This document shows, piece after piece, positions 10,450 through 18,970 of a DNA stretch of 64,000 nt. This DNA comes from an uncultured virus (IMG/VR IMGVR_UViG_3300028048_003162) (lineage: Duplodnaviria; Heunggongvirae; Uroviricota; Caudoviricetes): IMG/VR virus record IMGVR_UViG_3300028048_003162; one strand, written 5' to 3'. A model generated the notes under the pieces. That model did not search any database. It saw nothing but the letters and a program-made list of their open reading frames with translations, and was not told the origin of the DNA. A program made the translations under genes and the position numbers. Each line of letters opens with the position of its first letter. The stretch's first letter is position 1.

Positions 10450-11376
10450 ATGGATACTAAACAGTTATACAATATGCTTGCATCTAATATAGATAAGCTA
10501 AAACATGAGAAATATTACAAGAAAGTCATTTATAATGGAAGTAATCTTGTAAGGTTTGATACAATCAATAGAATATTAATTATGCTGCAGAATGATAAAG
10601 CTATAGACCTTAAGACAGACTTAGAGTGGCAGGAGCTGGGTAGGATGGTTACAAGAGATGCAAAACCTGTCTACTTATTATTCCCTAAAACAACATATAA
10701 GTACTTTGATACAAGCACTAATAAAGAGGTTGGGAAATGTGACTTAAGTCCTGATGAATTGAACAAGGCATTGGAGTATAACATTCTTAATAAACAGGAA
10801 TCAGTTGATGAATTATATATAGTCAGTACTTATGATGTTAGAGACACTAGAAATTTAGAAGATAGCAATGAGTTTATTGTCAATAAGCCTTTATTAAATT
10901 CTAGTGAGATACTTAAATTATTAAGCAACGTAACAGGTGCAGATATAGTGTCCTGTGATGATGACTACTATTCATTGAGCGATAATGTGATATACATTAA
11001 AAAGAAAGGATATACAGAATTAGCAGGTTTGGTTGCACAGTATATCACAGAATATATACTTAGTATTTCTGATCTGGGAGAGTATCAAGTTTATAAGGAC
11101 ATAATAAGTAGGAGTGTGGAGTATTCAATAAGTTCATTTCTACTTGGGGATAATGATAGTATAGACATAGCAGGCTTGAACGAGCTTGCTATTGATGATA
11201 TATTGAACATTTTATGCTATGTTGATACAGTAGTTCCTGGTGTAGTATCACAAATGAAATGTAGCAATAACAGTATAAATGAGGCTACTTGCAATATAGC
11301 TAAAGTAAGGAAGGCAGAATTATTATTAACTTTAATGGAATCAAATTATGCTAGCATGGGGTTGCTAGGGAAGTAA
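10450..11376 (+). CDS. ArdC-like N-terminal ssDNA-binding domain protein
   Basis: FDTINRILIMLQ...EWQELGRMVTRDAKPVYLLFP matches the ArdC-N pattern N-x2-LI-x2-Q...W-x3-GR-x-V...K...P. Confidence 0.7.
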   Translation: MDTKQLYNMLASNIDKLKHEKYYKKVIYNGSNLVRFDTINRILIMLQNDKAIDLKTDLEWQELGRMVTRDAKPVYLLFPKTTYKYFDTSTNKEVGKCDLSPDELNKALEYNILNKQESVDELYIVSTYDVRDTRNLEDSNEFIVNKPLLNSSEILKLLSNVTGADIVSCDDDYYSLSDNVIYIKKKGYTELAGLVAQYITEYILSISDLGEYQVYKDIISRSVEYSISSFLLGDNDSIDIAGLNELAIDDILNILCYVDTVVPGVVSQMKCSNNSINEATCNIAKVRKAELLLTLMESNYASMGLLGK

Positions 11377-11444
11377 TTTGTAATAAAGCACTATAAATAA
11401 TAGAAATATAAAATATAAAAAATAAAAAGATAGGAGAGCATAAT

Positions 11445-12326
11445 ATGGGTAATGATGGCTTTGAAGATAGCGGTTTTGACAGTTTGTTTGATGATGGGGG
11501 CTTTGACAGTGCAGGCTTTGGAGATGATGGTGGATTCGATAGCTCAGATGAGTCAAGCACATCAAGTGGCTTTGACAGCTTTGATTCAGGGGATGGTGAT
11601 TCAAAGGGGTTTAGTGGTGCAAAAGCACAAAATAATGGGGGTGCTTCTATTTCAGAGGATGATCTTGGAAATGCCTTTGATAATTCATTAAAGGATAATA
11701 CTGATACACCTGAAAGTGGAAATGAGCATGGTGGATTAAAGAAACAGGCTATAATTATGGTAGTAGTGGGGGTTGTGGCACTGCTTTTGGTAATAGCAAT
11801 AGCATCAGCAGTTGGAAGACACAGCAGTAACAATACTGTTAATCCTAATAATGATGGTGTGAACAATAATGTTGTTGCACAGACACCTGATAATTCAGCT
11901 AATACACGAGTAGACATCAGCGACAATAGTGATTATTCAAGCAGCAACAATACTAACAATAATAGCACTAATAACAATGATGCTAGCACATCTAATGATG
12001 AGAATAGCGTTAAGTATGTGCAGGACGAGAATATGTTTAATTGGGTGGAGATCACTAATAATGAGAATGTTCAAATTGAAGATAATTACTCAGACATGAC
12101 ATTTACAGTGACTGGACTTAAATTCTATGCTAGGTCAGTCGATACTAATAATAATCTAGTTATTAAATGTGTAGTGTCAGGTAGTGTTTCAGGTTTGTCC
12201 GGTACTTATACTTTGGATGTGCCTTATAATAAGGGTGTTAGACTAGTTGTAGGTAACAGTTTTACAGTTCATGTTCAATTGGGAACTTACAATGGTAAAA
12301 CTGTTGTGTGCGATATGAAATATTAA
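11445..12326 (+). CDS. Bitopic membrane protein: GFD-repeat acidic N-terminus, TM, Asn-rich linker, beta-rich C-terminal domain
   Basis: Repeated GFD/GFE/GFG; TM AIIMVVVGVVALLLVIAIASAVG. Confidence 0.8.
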   Translation: MGNDGFEDSGFDSLFDDGGFDSAGFGDDGGFDSSDESSTSSGFDSFDSGDGDSKGFSGAKAQNNGGASISEDDLGNAFDNSLKDNTDTPESGNEHGGLKKQAIIMVVVGVVALLLVIAIASAVGRHSSNNTVNPNNDGVNNNVVAQTPDNSANTRVDISDNSDYSSSNNTNNNSTNNNDASTSNDENSVKYVQDENMFNWVEITNNENVQIEDNYSDMTFTVTGLKFYARSVDTNNNLVIKCVVSGSVSGLSGTYTLDVPYNKGVRLVVGNSFTVHVQLGTYNGKTVVCDMKY

Positions 12327-12349
12327 GTGGAAAATTTTAGAAAAAGTGG

Positions 12350-12378
12350 TTGACAGATTGGAAGTCGTGCGGTATTAT
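12350..12378 (+). promoter_or_regulatory. sigmaA promoter P1
   Basis: TTGACA (12350-12355), 17-nt spacer, TATTAT (12373-12378); A-rich upstream. Confidence 0.8.
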
Positions 12379-12447
12379 TATTATAGTGATTGAGAGAGAT
12401 ATAAAAAAGACTTAAAAAATTATTTTTAAGAATTTTTCAAAAAGCTG

Positions 12448-12476
12448 TTGACAAAATGAGGTCGCGGCGTTAGTAT
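12448..12476 (+). promoter_or_regulatory. sigmaA promoter P2
   Basis: TTGACA (12448-12453), 17-nt spacer, TAGTAT (12471-12476); AT-rich UP-like tract upstream. Confidence 0.75.
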
Positions 12477-12589
12477 TAAGATAAAGAAAAGGAAATGAGT
12501 TTTCAATCATTAAAATTTATTAGGTATGTAGTACTAAGGTACATCATATAAAATAACTATCAAATTATTATTTACGGAGGTAAAAAATC

Positions 12590-13378
12590 ATGGGAATGGA
12601 AGACATTTTCGGAGGAGCAGCATCAGCTCCAGCAGAGGCTCCAGTAGCAGAGTCTAGTGAAACATCAAAGGATCGTAAGAGACAGAAGTTAGCTCAGTGG
12701 AAAGATGCAATGAAGCTTACTATTGCTCAGGATGAGACATATCTTGCAAAGAGAGGAACACTTTCTGGCAGCCTTAAAGTTGTTAACACACTTGGATATG
12801 GCGCAGCTGGTAACATCTTACTGGACAAAGAAGCTACTAAGAAAACTGGTAGCCGTGTAGTTAAGGGTACATCTAAGATCGTTGGATACCTGATCGAGAA
12901 CTGTGGTACAGAGCCTCTCACTTATGAGACAGAGGTTTGGACAAAGGGTGAGAACGGATTATTCGAAGCTCGCAGCGTTACAAAGACTCTTGCTCCTGGA
13001 CAGCAGGCAGCAATCTCAAGAAAGTGGCTCACAGCTTTAACAGCTAAGCCTGAGTTCTCATTCGTACTTGCAAATGGTAAGATCGTTTCTTCTTCTTCTA
13101 ATACAGAAGGAAAAGGAATTGATGCAATCCTTGAGGCTCACTACTTTGTATTCTCAAAAGAGACAGGTCTTGAAGTTAACGACGACGCAATCAAGAACAG
13201 CATTGACGTTGATAACGTTGTTAAGCCAGAGTACGAGGAAGTATTCGGTTACCTTAACAACCCTAAGGCTTCTAAGGCTGGCAAGAGAGGCAAAGGTGGA
13301 GCAAAGGGACCTTCAGCTCAGGAACTTGCAGCAAACTACATCAACAGACTTATCCACTCAGAGCAGTCTGTACAGTAG
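12590..13378 (+). CDS. Unknown protein, predicted to be highly expressed
   Basis: GGAGGT RBS, tandem promoters, own terminator; codons shifted to AAC/ATC/TTC/TAC/CGT relative to neighbours. Confidence 0.85.
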   Translation: MGMEDIFGGAASAPAEAPVAESSETSKDRKRQKLAQWKDAMKLTIAQDETYLAKRGTLSGSLKVVNTLGYGAAGNILLDKEATKKTGSRVVKGTSKIVGYLIENCGTEPLTYETEVWTKGENGLFEARSVTKTLAPGQQAAISRKWLTALTAKPEFSFVLANGKIVSSSSNTEGKGIDAILEAHYFVFSKETGLEVNDDAIKNSIDVDNVVKPEYEEVFGYLNNPKASKAGKRGKGGAKGPSAQELAANYINRLIHSEQSVQ

Positions 13379-13420
13379 TAATTGCGGTGGCAGCTTGAAA
13401 AAAGTTAAATCGACAGAGAA

Positions 13421-13452
13421 AGGCCTACCCATTGTGGTAGGTCTTTTTTTTT
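13421..13452 (+). terminator. Rho-independent terminator
   Basis: AGGCCTACC-cattgt-GGTAGGTCT followed by a long T run. Confidence 0.85.
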
Positions 13453-13750
13453 GTTATAAACAGACATATAGGGTACTATTAGTGCTAGCACTATTATAAG
13501 TTGGTGTAATAAAGAAAGTGAATAGAGGCAACAGATAGTTGAAAATTAGACTTATGGATAAAATTGATATTGACTATGGGTAAGCAGAGATTGGCATAGA
13601 TAATAAAATTAGTATGGGCATAGGTGGTTTATTTCAGGTGGTTTATTTTATATGTAGAGATGAGCATAGGTGGTAAGGATTAACGTGGAAAACTACATTA
13701 GTTTATTATATTATATGAAATATAATAATTTGAAAGGGGCTTAAATTGGA

Positions 13751-15178
13751 ATGGACTATACACAAGTAGGAAAAAGTTGGTTCACTAAATATAGACCGAA
13801 GAGCGAGGAAGATTACTGTGGAGACTCTATAAAAAAGGTGATAGCAAAGAGGTTTGTTAAGAAAGAGGATTTTCCTCATGTATTGTTTATCAGCGGACTT
13901 AGGGGATGCGGCAAAACTACATTCTGTAGGTTAATTGCAAAGCGTTATTTGTGTTTACATCCTCACGAAGATGGTTCACCTTGTGATGAATGTGAGATGT
14001 GTGAGTCAATAAATGAGATACTTATTGGTGGAGAGTCTACACAGGTTGAATGTCCTGGCGTTGTTGAAGTGGATGCTACCATTGCAAATGGTAAAGAGGC
14101 TATTCAGGAAGTAATGGATGAGGCATTACAGCCTCCTGTATACGGTGACTTAAAAGTGCTAATCATGGATGAGTGTCATATGTTCAGTAAGGCGGCTCAA
14201 AACTCCTTACTAAAATTAATTGAGGACATTCCTCCTCATCTGGTAGTCATGTTTGCTACTACTGATCCTCAAAATGTACTTGACACAATTAAAAGTAGAT
14301 GTCAGCTCATGTTGGAGGTAGGTAAGCAGTCAATTAAGGATATGAGCAGAAGACTTAAGCAGATCAGTGTTATGGAGGGACTTACAGTTAGTGATGAGGC
14401 ACTTGAAGTAATAGCTAAAAAAGGAGATAGAGTACCTAGAGAGTGTATTAACTTGCTTGAGGCTATTGCAAAGACATATGATAAGCAGGTCACCATTGAT
14501 AATGTGAGAGACTATATTGGTGGTGATATGTCTGATAGATATGTTGAGTTCTACAAGGCAGCAAACAGTGAAAATGTCTATGATCTTCTTAAGTTTATAA
14601 GAGGTCTTAGAGAAAATAACATAAGACAGGTTGATTTTATAAGAGGTTTATTGAAATTCACAGTTGATGCACTTTATATTAAGAATGGCATTGCCATTGA
14701 TGAGTATCCTGTTGAGTATATTGAGGCAGTTAAAGAATTGTTCAATACATATACAATAAATCAGTTTGACATGCTATTACAGGTGGTTGAGCAGTTGTCT
14801 AATCAGATTAAGGCTGAAGATAATACAGATAAGTTTGAGTCTAGTCTTATCACAACTGGTATGAGGATTTCAAAAATTGATATGCTAGCAAAGGGATTAG
14901 TTAGTGAGCAATTGGAATCAGATAAAGAGAATAAAGAATCACTTTACAAGCATAGTCAAATGTTAAAGAGGGACAATGCAGCTATATCAGAGAAATTGAA
15001 AGTTGACCTTGGTATTGAGGAAATGGCAGATTCATTTGGCAATGTAGAACCTGTGGAAAACACATCAGGTTTATTTGAGGACATTGATGTACCAGAGCTG
15101 AAGCCTGTTGAAGAAAAGGTTGAACAAATAGATACTGATAATAACATTGGGGATGGTGTTGACGACTTCTTTGGATAG
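13751..15178 (+). CDS. dnaX: DNA polymerase III clamp loader subunit gamma/tau
   Basis: KYRP, Walker A GLRGCGKTT, Zn-binding cysteines (PCDECEMC), DECHM, NSLLKLIE, ATT, TIKSRC. Confidence 0.93.
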   Translation: MDYTQVGKSWFTKYRPKSEEDYCGDSIKKVIAKRFVKKEDFPHVLFISGLRGCGKTTFCRLIAKRYLCLHPHEDGSPCDECEMCESINEILIGGESTQVECPGVVEVDATIANGKEAIQEVMDEALQPPVYGDLKVLIMDECHMFSKAAQNSLLKLIEDIPPHLVVMFATTDPQNVLDTIKSRCQLMLEVGKQSIKDMSRRLKQISVMEGLTVSDEALEVIAKKGDRVPRECINLLEAIAKTYDKQVTIDNVRDYIGGDMSDRYVEFYKAANSENVYDLLKFIRGLRENNIRQVDFIRGLLKFTVDALYIKNGIAIDEYPVEYIEAVKELFNTYTINQFDMLLQVVEQLSNQIKAEDNTDKFESSLITTGMRISKIDMLAKGLVSEQLESDKENKESLYKHSQMLKRDNAAISEKLKVDLGIEEMADSFGNVEPVENTSGLFEDIDVPELKPVEEKVEQIDTDNNIGDGVDDFFG

Positions 15179-15219
15179 AGAGCAGTCAATCAAATAAATA
15201 GAATAGCAGTGAGAGTTTG

Positions 15220-15255
15220 AGGACACATATAACAGTTTATATGTGTCCTTTTTTT
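15220..15255 (+). terminator. Rho-independent terminator
   Basis: AGGACACATATAA/TTATATGTGTCCT stem plus T run. Confidence 0.85.
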
Positions 15256-15320
15256 GTGCATTAGTTCGAAAAAATAGAAATTTTATATTTTTAATAAAAA
15301 ATAAAACGGAGGGAAAAGAA

Positions 15321-16145
15321 ATGGAAAAAGTACAAAGAGCCTTATTAACTTTGTTAACTGCTTTCATGGTTTGTACTGTGGCATTTAGTTGTCATACAAC
15401 AGCATATGCTAGTTCCTTGGATGACATCACAAATAATGCATCAGCAAGTGATAATAGTAAATCCAGTGGAAGTAGTAAATCACAGTCACAAGATGACTAC
15501 AATAAGTCATATATTGATTCATTGCAGTCAGCAACTAACTTAGAGGCAGAGTCAGCTAATGTTTCTAAGGTAAACAGCTATATTCAAAAGATTGCATCAG
15601 TTCTGGTACAGGTAATTTCATATTTTATTATAGCATTCCTTGTAGTTAGAATCTTGCTTGATATTTGTTATATAGTACTTCCATTTACCAGAAAGTTCCT
15701 TGCCAATGGATATCAAGGACAGCCTTCTCAGGGTCAACCTGGAATGGGTGGCATGGGCATGAACGGCGGCATGGGCATGGGCGGCTTCGGCGGCGGCATG
15801 GGCATGGGAGGTTACGGTAGTAGTTATGGTCGCATGGGTGGCATGGGAATGTCAGGCATGGGCGGCATGGGTGGTATGGGAGGAATGCAGGGACAAGGAA
15901 TGGCACCTGCAGGACGTGTTCAGCTTGTGTCAGAGGCAGCCTTAAATGCAGCAGCTCCTGGTAATATGGGAGAAGATGGTAGACCTGTGTCAGCATTGAA
16001 AGTTTATGCTAAAGACATGATGACAACATTGATCTTGACACCTATTCTATTAGTACTTGCTATATCAGGTGTAATATCTAAGCTTGGTTTCCTTATTGGA
16101 TACGTTATAGCAAAAGCAGTTTCTTCTTTAGGCAACATGTTTTAG
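15321..16145 (+). CDS. Signal-peptide membrane-hairpin protein, paralog 1 (pilin-like candidate) with Gly-Met insert
   Basis: Start moved to ATG 15321 (GGAGGG RBS); signal peptide ending AYA; LDICYIVLPFTR motif shared with 17541 and 18419. Confidence 0.75.
   Translation: MEKVQRALLTLLTAFMVCTVAFSCHTTAYASSLDDITNNASASDNSKSSGSSKSQSQDDYNKSYIDSLQSATNLEAESANVSKVNSYIQKIASVLVQVISYFIIAFLVVRILLDICYIVLPFTRKFLANGYQGQPSQGQPGMGGMGMNGGMGMGGFGGGMGMGGYGSSYGRMGGMGMSGMGGMGGMGGMQGQGMAPAGRVQLVSEAALNAAAPGNMGEDGRPVSALKVYAKDMMTTLILTPILLVLAISGVISKLGFLIGYVIAKAVSSLGNMF
15743..15905 (+). repeat. GGCATG-type coding repeat (Gly-Met tract)
   Basis: MGGMGMNGGMGMGGFGGGMGMGG...GMGGMGGMGGMQ; locally GC-rich. Confidence 0.85.
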
Positions 16146-16162
16146 AATGGAGCTAACAGGAT

Positions 16163-16486
16163 ATGAGTAGAACTAGCGAGGTATTAAAAAATAAGAACAA
16201 GGTAGAAAAAGCTAGAAGAGCTCGTAGAAAGAATGAAATAAACTCATTACGCAGCATCTCAGCTTTTAAAGCTAAGCTTTATGACGAATTGAAACACATT
16301 GAGGTAATTTTACAAGATGAAAATATTGAATCAGTAATCATATATGTGCCTGATAGGTACATGGCTCAATTCAGTAATGCAATATATTCAGAAGATTTAG
16401 CTAGTTATGAAGTAATTCAGGATACAGAAAGTAGTAAAGAGGGCACAAATAGGTTCTTCATTCAGAAGAGATATGTTGCTTTCTAG
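16163..16486 (+). CDS. Hypothetical protein with basic N-terminus
   Basis: 107-aa ORF, GGAG RBS. Confidence 0.7.
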   Translation: MSRTSEVLKNKNKVEKARRARRKNEINSLRSISAFKAKLYDELKHIEVILQDENIESVIIYVPDRYMAQFSNAIYSEDLASYEVIQDTESSKEGTNRFFIQKRYVAF

Positions 16487-16504
16487 TTTAAGGAGGACAG
16501 ACAG

Positions 16505-16897
16505 ATGTCAAAAAATATGAGTTTGCATGACAGATATGCAGAGGTTTCAGAATTGTCTGGTATATCAGAAGAGGTAATCAGAAGAGTTTATAAGGCTACA
16601 CGTACAAGTTTAGTCTCATCACTTACAAGAGGGGAGAAGGCAACATTGCCTGGAATTTGTACAATCAATGCTAGTGTAAGAAATAGAATCAACATTGGTG
16701 GAGAACAGGAGTCTTATATAAAATTGAAAGCAACACCATCAAGTGCTCTGGCTACAGAGCTTGATAAGCTTTCAGGATTTGAGAGTGCAGAAGAAAAAGA
16801 AGCAGAGCAGAGAGAAGAGGAAGAGAGACTTAAGATTTTGAATATTAAGCAACCTGTTATTACAGTAAGGACTAAGCAGATAAATGCACTGCTTTAG
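16505..16897 (+). CDS. HU/IHF-like DNA-binding protein
   Basis: EVSELSGISEEVIRRVYKA...SLTRGEKATLPGICTI...KLKATPSSAL follows the HU helix-helix-beta arm pattern. Confidence 0.65.
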   Translation: MSKNMSLHDRYAEVSELSGISEEVIRRVYKATRTSLVSSLTRGEKATLPGICTINASVRNRINIGGEQESYIKLKATPSSALATELDKLSGFESAEEKEAEQREEEERLKILNIKQPVITVRTKQINALL

Positions 16898-16913
16898 TAA
16901 TTAGGTGTAAGAC

Positions 16914-17525
16914 ATGACAGGTCCAACTCATAGACAATATTCAATTTGCTTTGCTTGTTTAGCAGCGATGCTCTTCTTCACAATGGGTATATCACATGTA
17001 AATTACTATTTAGCACTGCCTATTCTGTTATCTGCATCAAGAGCAGGGGCTTTGTTTCCTGATGTTGATCACAATTGGCAGAATGTTTCTGATAAGACAG
17101 TGATAAATAAGATTATTAACACCTTAATTCATTTGACAGGTGGAAAACATAGGAGTTGGCAGACACATAGTATTGATATATGTGCTTGGTTTACAATTAT
17201 TTCCTACATTATACCGAATAGATTATATCACGCAGGTATTTTGTCAGCAGTAAATAGAGAAGTGGCAACACTCTTACTTTTAGGGTTCAGCTCTGGTTGG
17301 ATAAGTCACATATTTGCTGATATGTTGAACGGCGTAGGTGTTAGATTAGTATGCTGGAATAAATTGCATGTGGCATTTGTTCCTAGACAGTTGTTTGGAT
17401 TGAGGTTCAACACTGGGCACGAGTGGGAGAACTTTAATTATAAATTAATGAGGATAATTAACGTGATTCTTGGGTGTATTTGTTTAATATACCCTCTGAT
17501 TGTCAAGGGATACATACATTTTTAA
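16914..17525 (+). CDS. YdjM-family membrane-bound metal-dependent hydrolase
   Basis: MTGPTH, GALFPDVDH, HRSWQTHS, SHIFADML-x2-GV motifs. Confidence 0.85.
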   Translation: MTGPTHRQYSICFACLAAMLFFTMGISHVNYYLALPILLSASRAGALFPDVDHNWQNVSDKTVINKIINTLIHLTGGKHRSWQTHSIDICAWFTIISYIIPNRLYHAGILSAVNREVATLLLLGFSSGWISHIFADMLNGVGVRLVCWNKLHVAFVPRQLFGLRFNTGHEWENFNYKLMRIINVILGCICLIYPLIVKGYIHF

Positions 17526-17540
17526 GGAGGTATCATTATT

Positions 17541-18398
17541 ATGAAAAAGAATATGAGACTAAAAGCAGTGCTTATATTGTTAACAGCAATGCTTATGTGC
17601 TTTGGGTCATCAGTAACAGCTTTTGCACATGGTGTAGGCAGAAGTAGTGCAGGAACAAGCAGTAGCGTTGGTACAGACACTACAATTTCTAGTTATCTTG
17701 GTAACATAGACAACTATAATGATATTGACAGGGATTTAAAACAAAAGATTAAGAGAAACTATAGCACAGGTTACAAAGCATATAGTCTAAAAGATGGTAC
17801 AACAGTTTATATTGCACCAGGCAATGAAACTAATGTAAGCTCTACAATTAATAACCTTAACAGTAAGGCAGCGGCTGATCAATCTGCAGCAAATGAGCAG
17901 TATGTGCAAAGGCAGGATAGGGCAGCAACAGACCTTGGACAAATATCAGTTACACCTGATATTAAAAAAGCAAATAATATGTTAAGCGGTTTCATGCCAT
18001 TGTTAGACATGATTGTATCAGTAGTAATTGTAGGTGTTACATTAGGCATGACACTGTTTACAGCTTTTGATATTTGTTACATTGAATTTCCTATCTTCAG
18101 GAATAAATGTGAGGATGCTAAGGCAAGTGGAAACAAGATGATGACACGTACAGACTCTAAGACAGGCGAGACTAAGCTTAGAATTGTAACTGATGAAGCA
18201 CAGTATGCAATTCAGGCAGCAGATACAATTCAATCTGGACAGAATCCATTAGTCATTTACTTTAAGAAGAGATTCGTGGCAATTCTTCTTTTGGCAATTG
18301 TATTGTTCATCCTGCTTACAGGAAATATGTCCGTATTCTCCAAGATTGCACTCAAACTTGTTAGTGGTATCATTAGCATCATTCAGAGTTACTCTTAA
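17541..18398 (+). CDS. Signal-peptide membrane-hairpin protein, paralog 2
   Basis: Signal peptide ending AFA; FDICYIEFPIFR motif; two TM regions. Confidence 0.75.
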   Translation: MKKNMRLKAVLILLTAMLMCFGSSVTAFAHGVGRSSAGTSSSVGTDTTISSYLGNIDNYNDIDRDLKQKIKRNYSTGYKAYSLKDGTTVYIAPGNETNVSSTINNLNSKAAADQSAANEQYVQRQDRAATDLGQISVTPDIKKANNMLSGFMPLLDMIVSVVIVGVTLGMTLFTAFDICYIEFPIFRNKCEDAKASGNKMMTRTDSKTGETKLRIVTDEAQYAIQAADTIQSGQNPLVIYFKKRFVAILLLAIVLFILLTGNMSVFSKIALKLVSGIISIIQSYS

Positions 18399-18418
18399 AA
18401 GGCAGGTGCAAATAGCTT

Positions 18419-18895
18419 ATGGACGTACAAAGTATAATTGATTCCATTAGTGAGAAGGCACAGTCTGATGGAAGTATTGACAGAATACGTTTCATTGAGC
18501 AAACGGACAATATACAACAGATTGCTAACTTCTTGTATGGGTTTGTAACCACAATAATATTACTAGTTGTGCCTCTAGTAATTGCCTTGGAGGTCATTTA
18601 TATTTGCTTTCCTTTTATAAGAGATAAATTTGATAAATTACTTATTAAAGTAGAGAGCAAGGGCACTGCAAAGAAAGTGATTGGCTTAGCATTAAGAGAT
18701 GCCAAAGCAGCAGTGTATAAAGCGAATACAACACAAACTGGAGAGTCTGCATTGTATTTATACTTAATCATTAAGTGTAAATCAATGATGTTCATAATGT
18801 TTATCATCTGCATGGTTCTGAAAGGAACAACACCTATTATAATATGGGTATGGCAGATGATTAAGAACATACTTGCTAACATTTGGACATTCTAA
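18419..18895 (+). CDS. Membrane-hairpin protein, paralog 3 (no signal peptide)
   Basis: LEVIYICFPFIR motif; two TM regions. Confidence 0.75.
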   Translation: MDVQSIIDSISEKAQSDGSIDRIRFIEQTDNIQQIANFLYGFVTTIILLVVPLVIALEVIYICFPFIRDKFDKLLIKVESKGTAKKVIGLALRDAKAAVYKANTTQTGESALYLYLIIKCKSMMFIMFIICMVLKGTTPIIIWVWQMIKNILANIWTF

Positions 18896-18907
18896 ATAGA
18901 CTCACAC

Positions 18908-18957
18908 ATAGATGCATCTACTTTACATTAAGTAAGTGGATGCATCTATTTTTTTTT
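18908..18957 (+). terminator. Rho-independent terminator immediately upstream of the next RBS
   Basis: ATAGATGCATCTACTT/AAGTGGATGCATCTAT stem plus T run. Confidence 0.75.
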
Positions 18958-18970
18958 GCAGGAGGTAGAA

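Noticed and set aside
13068..13499. 143-aa alternative-frame ORF overlapping the highly expressed gene
   Set aside because: Runs through the terminator, has no RBS, and is explained by the biased codon usage of the main gene.
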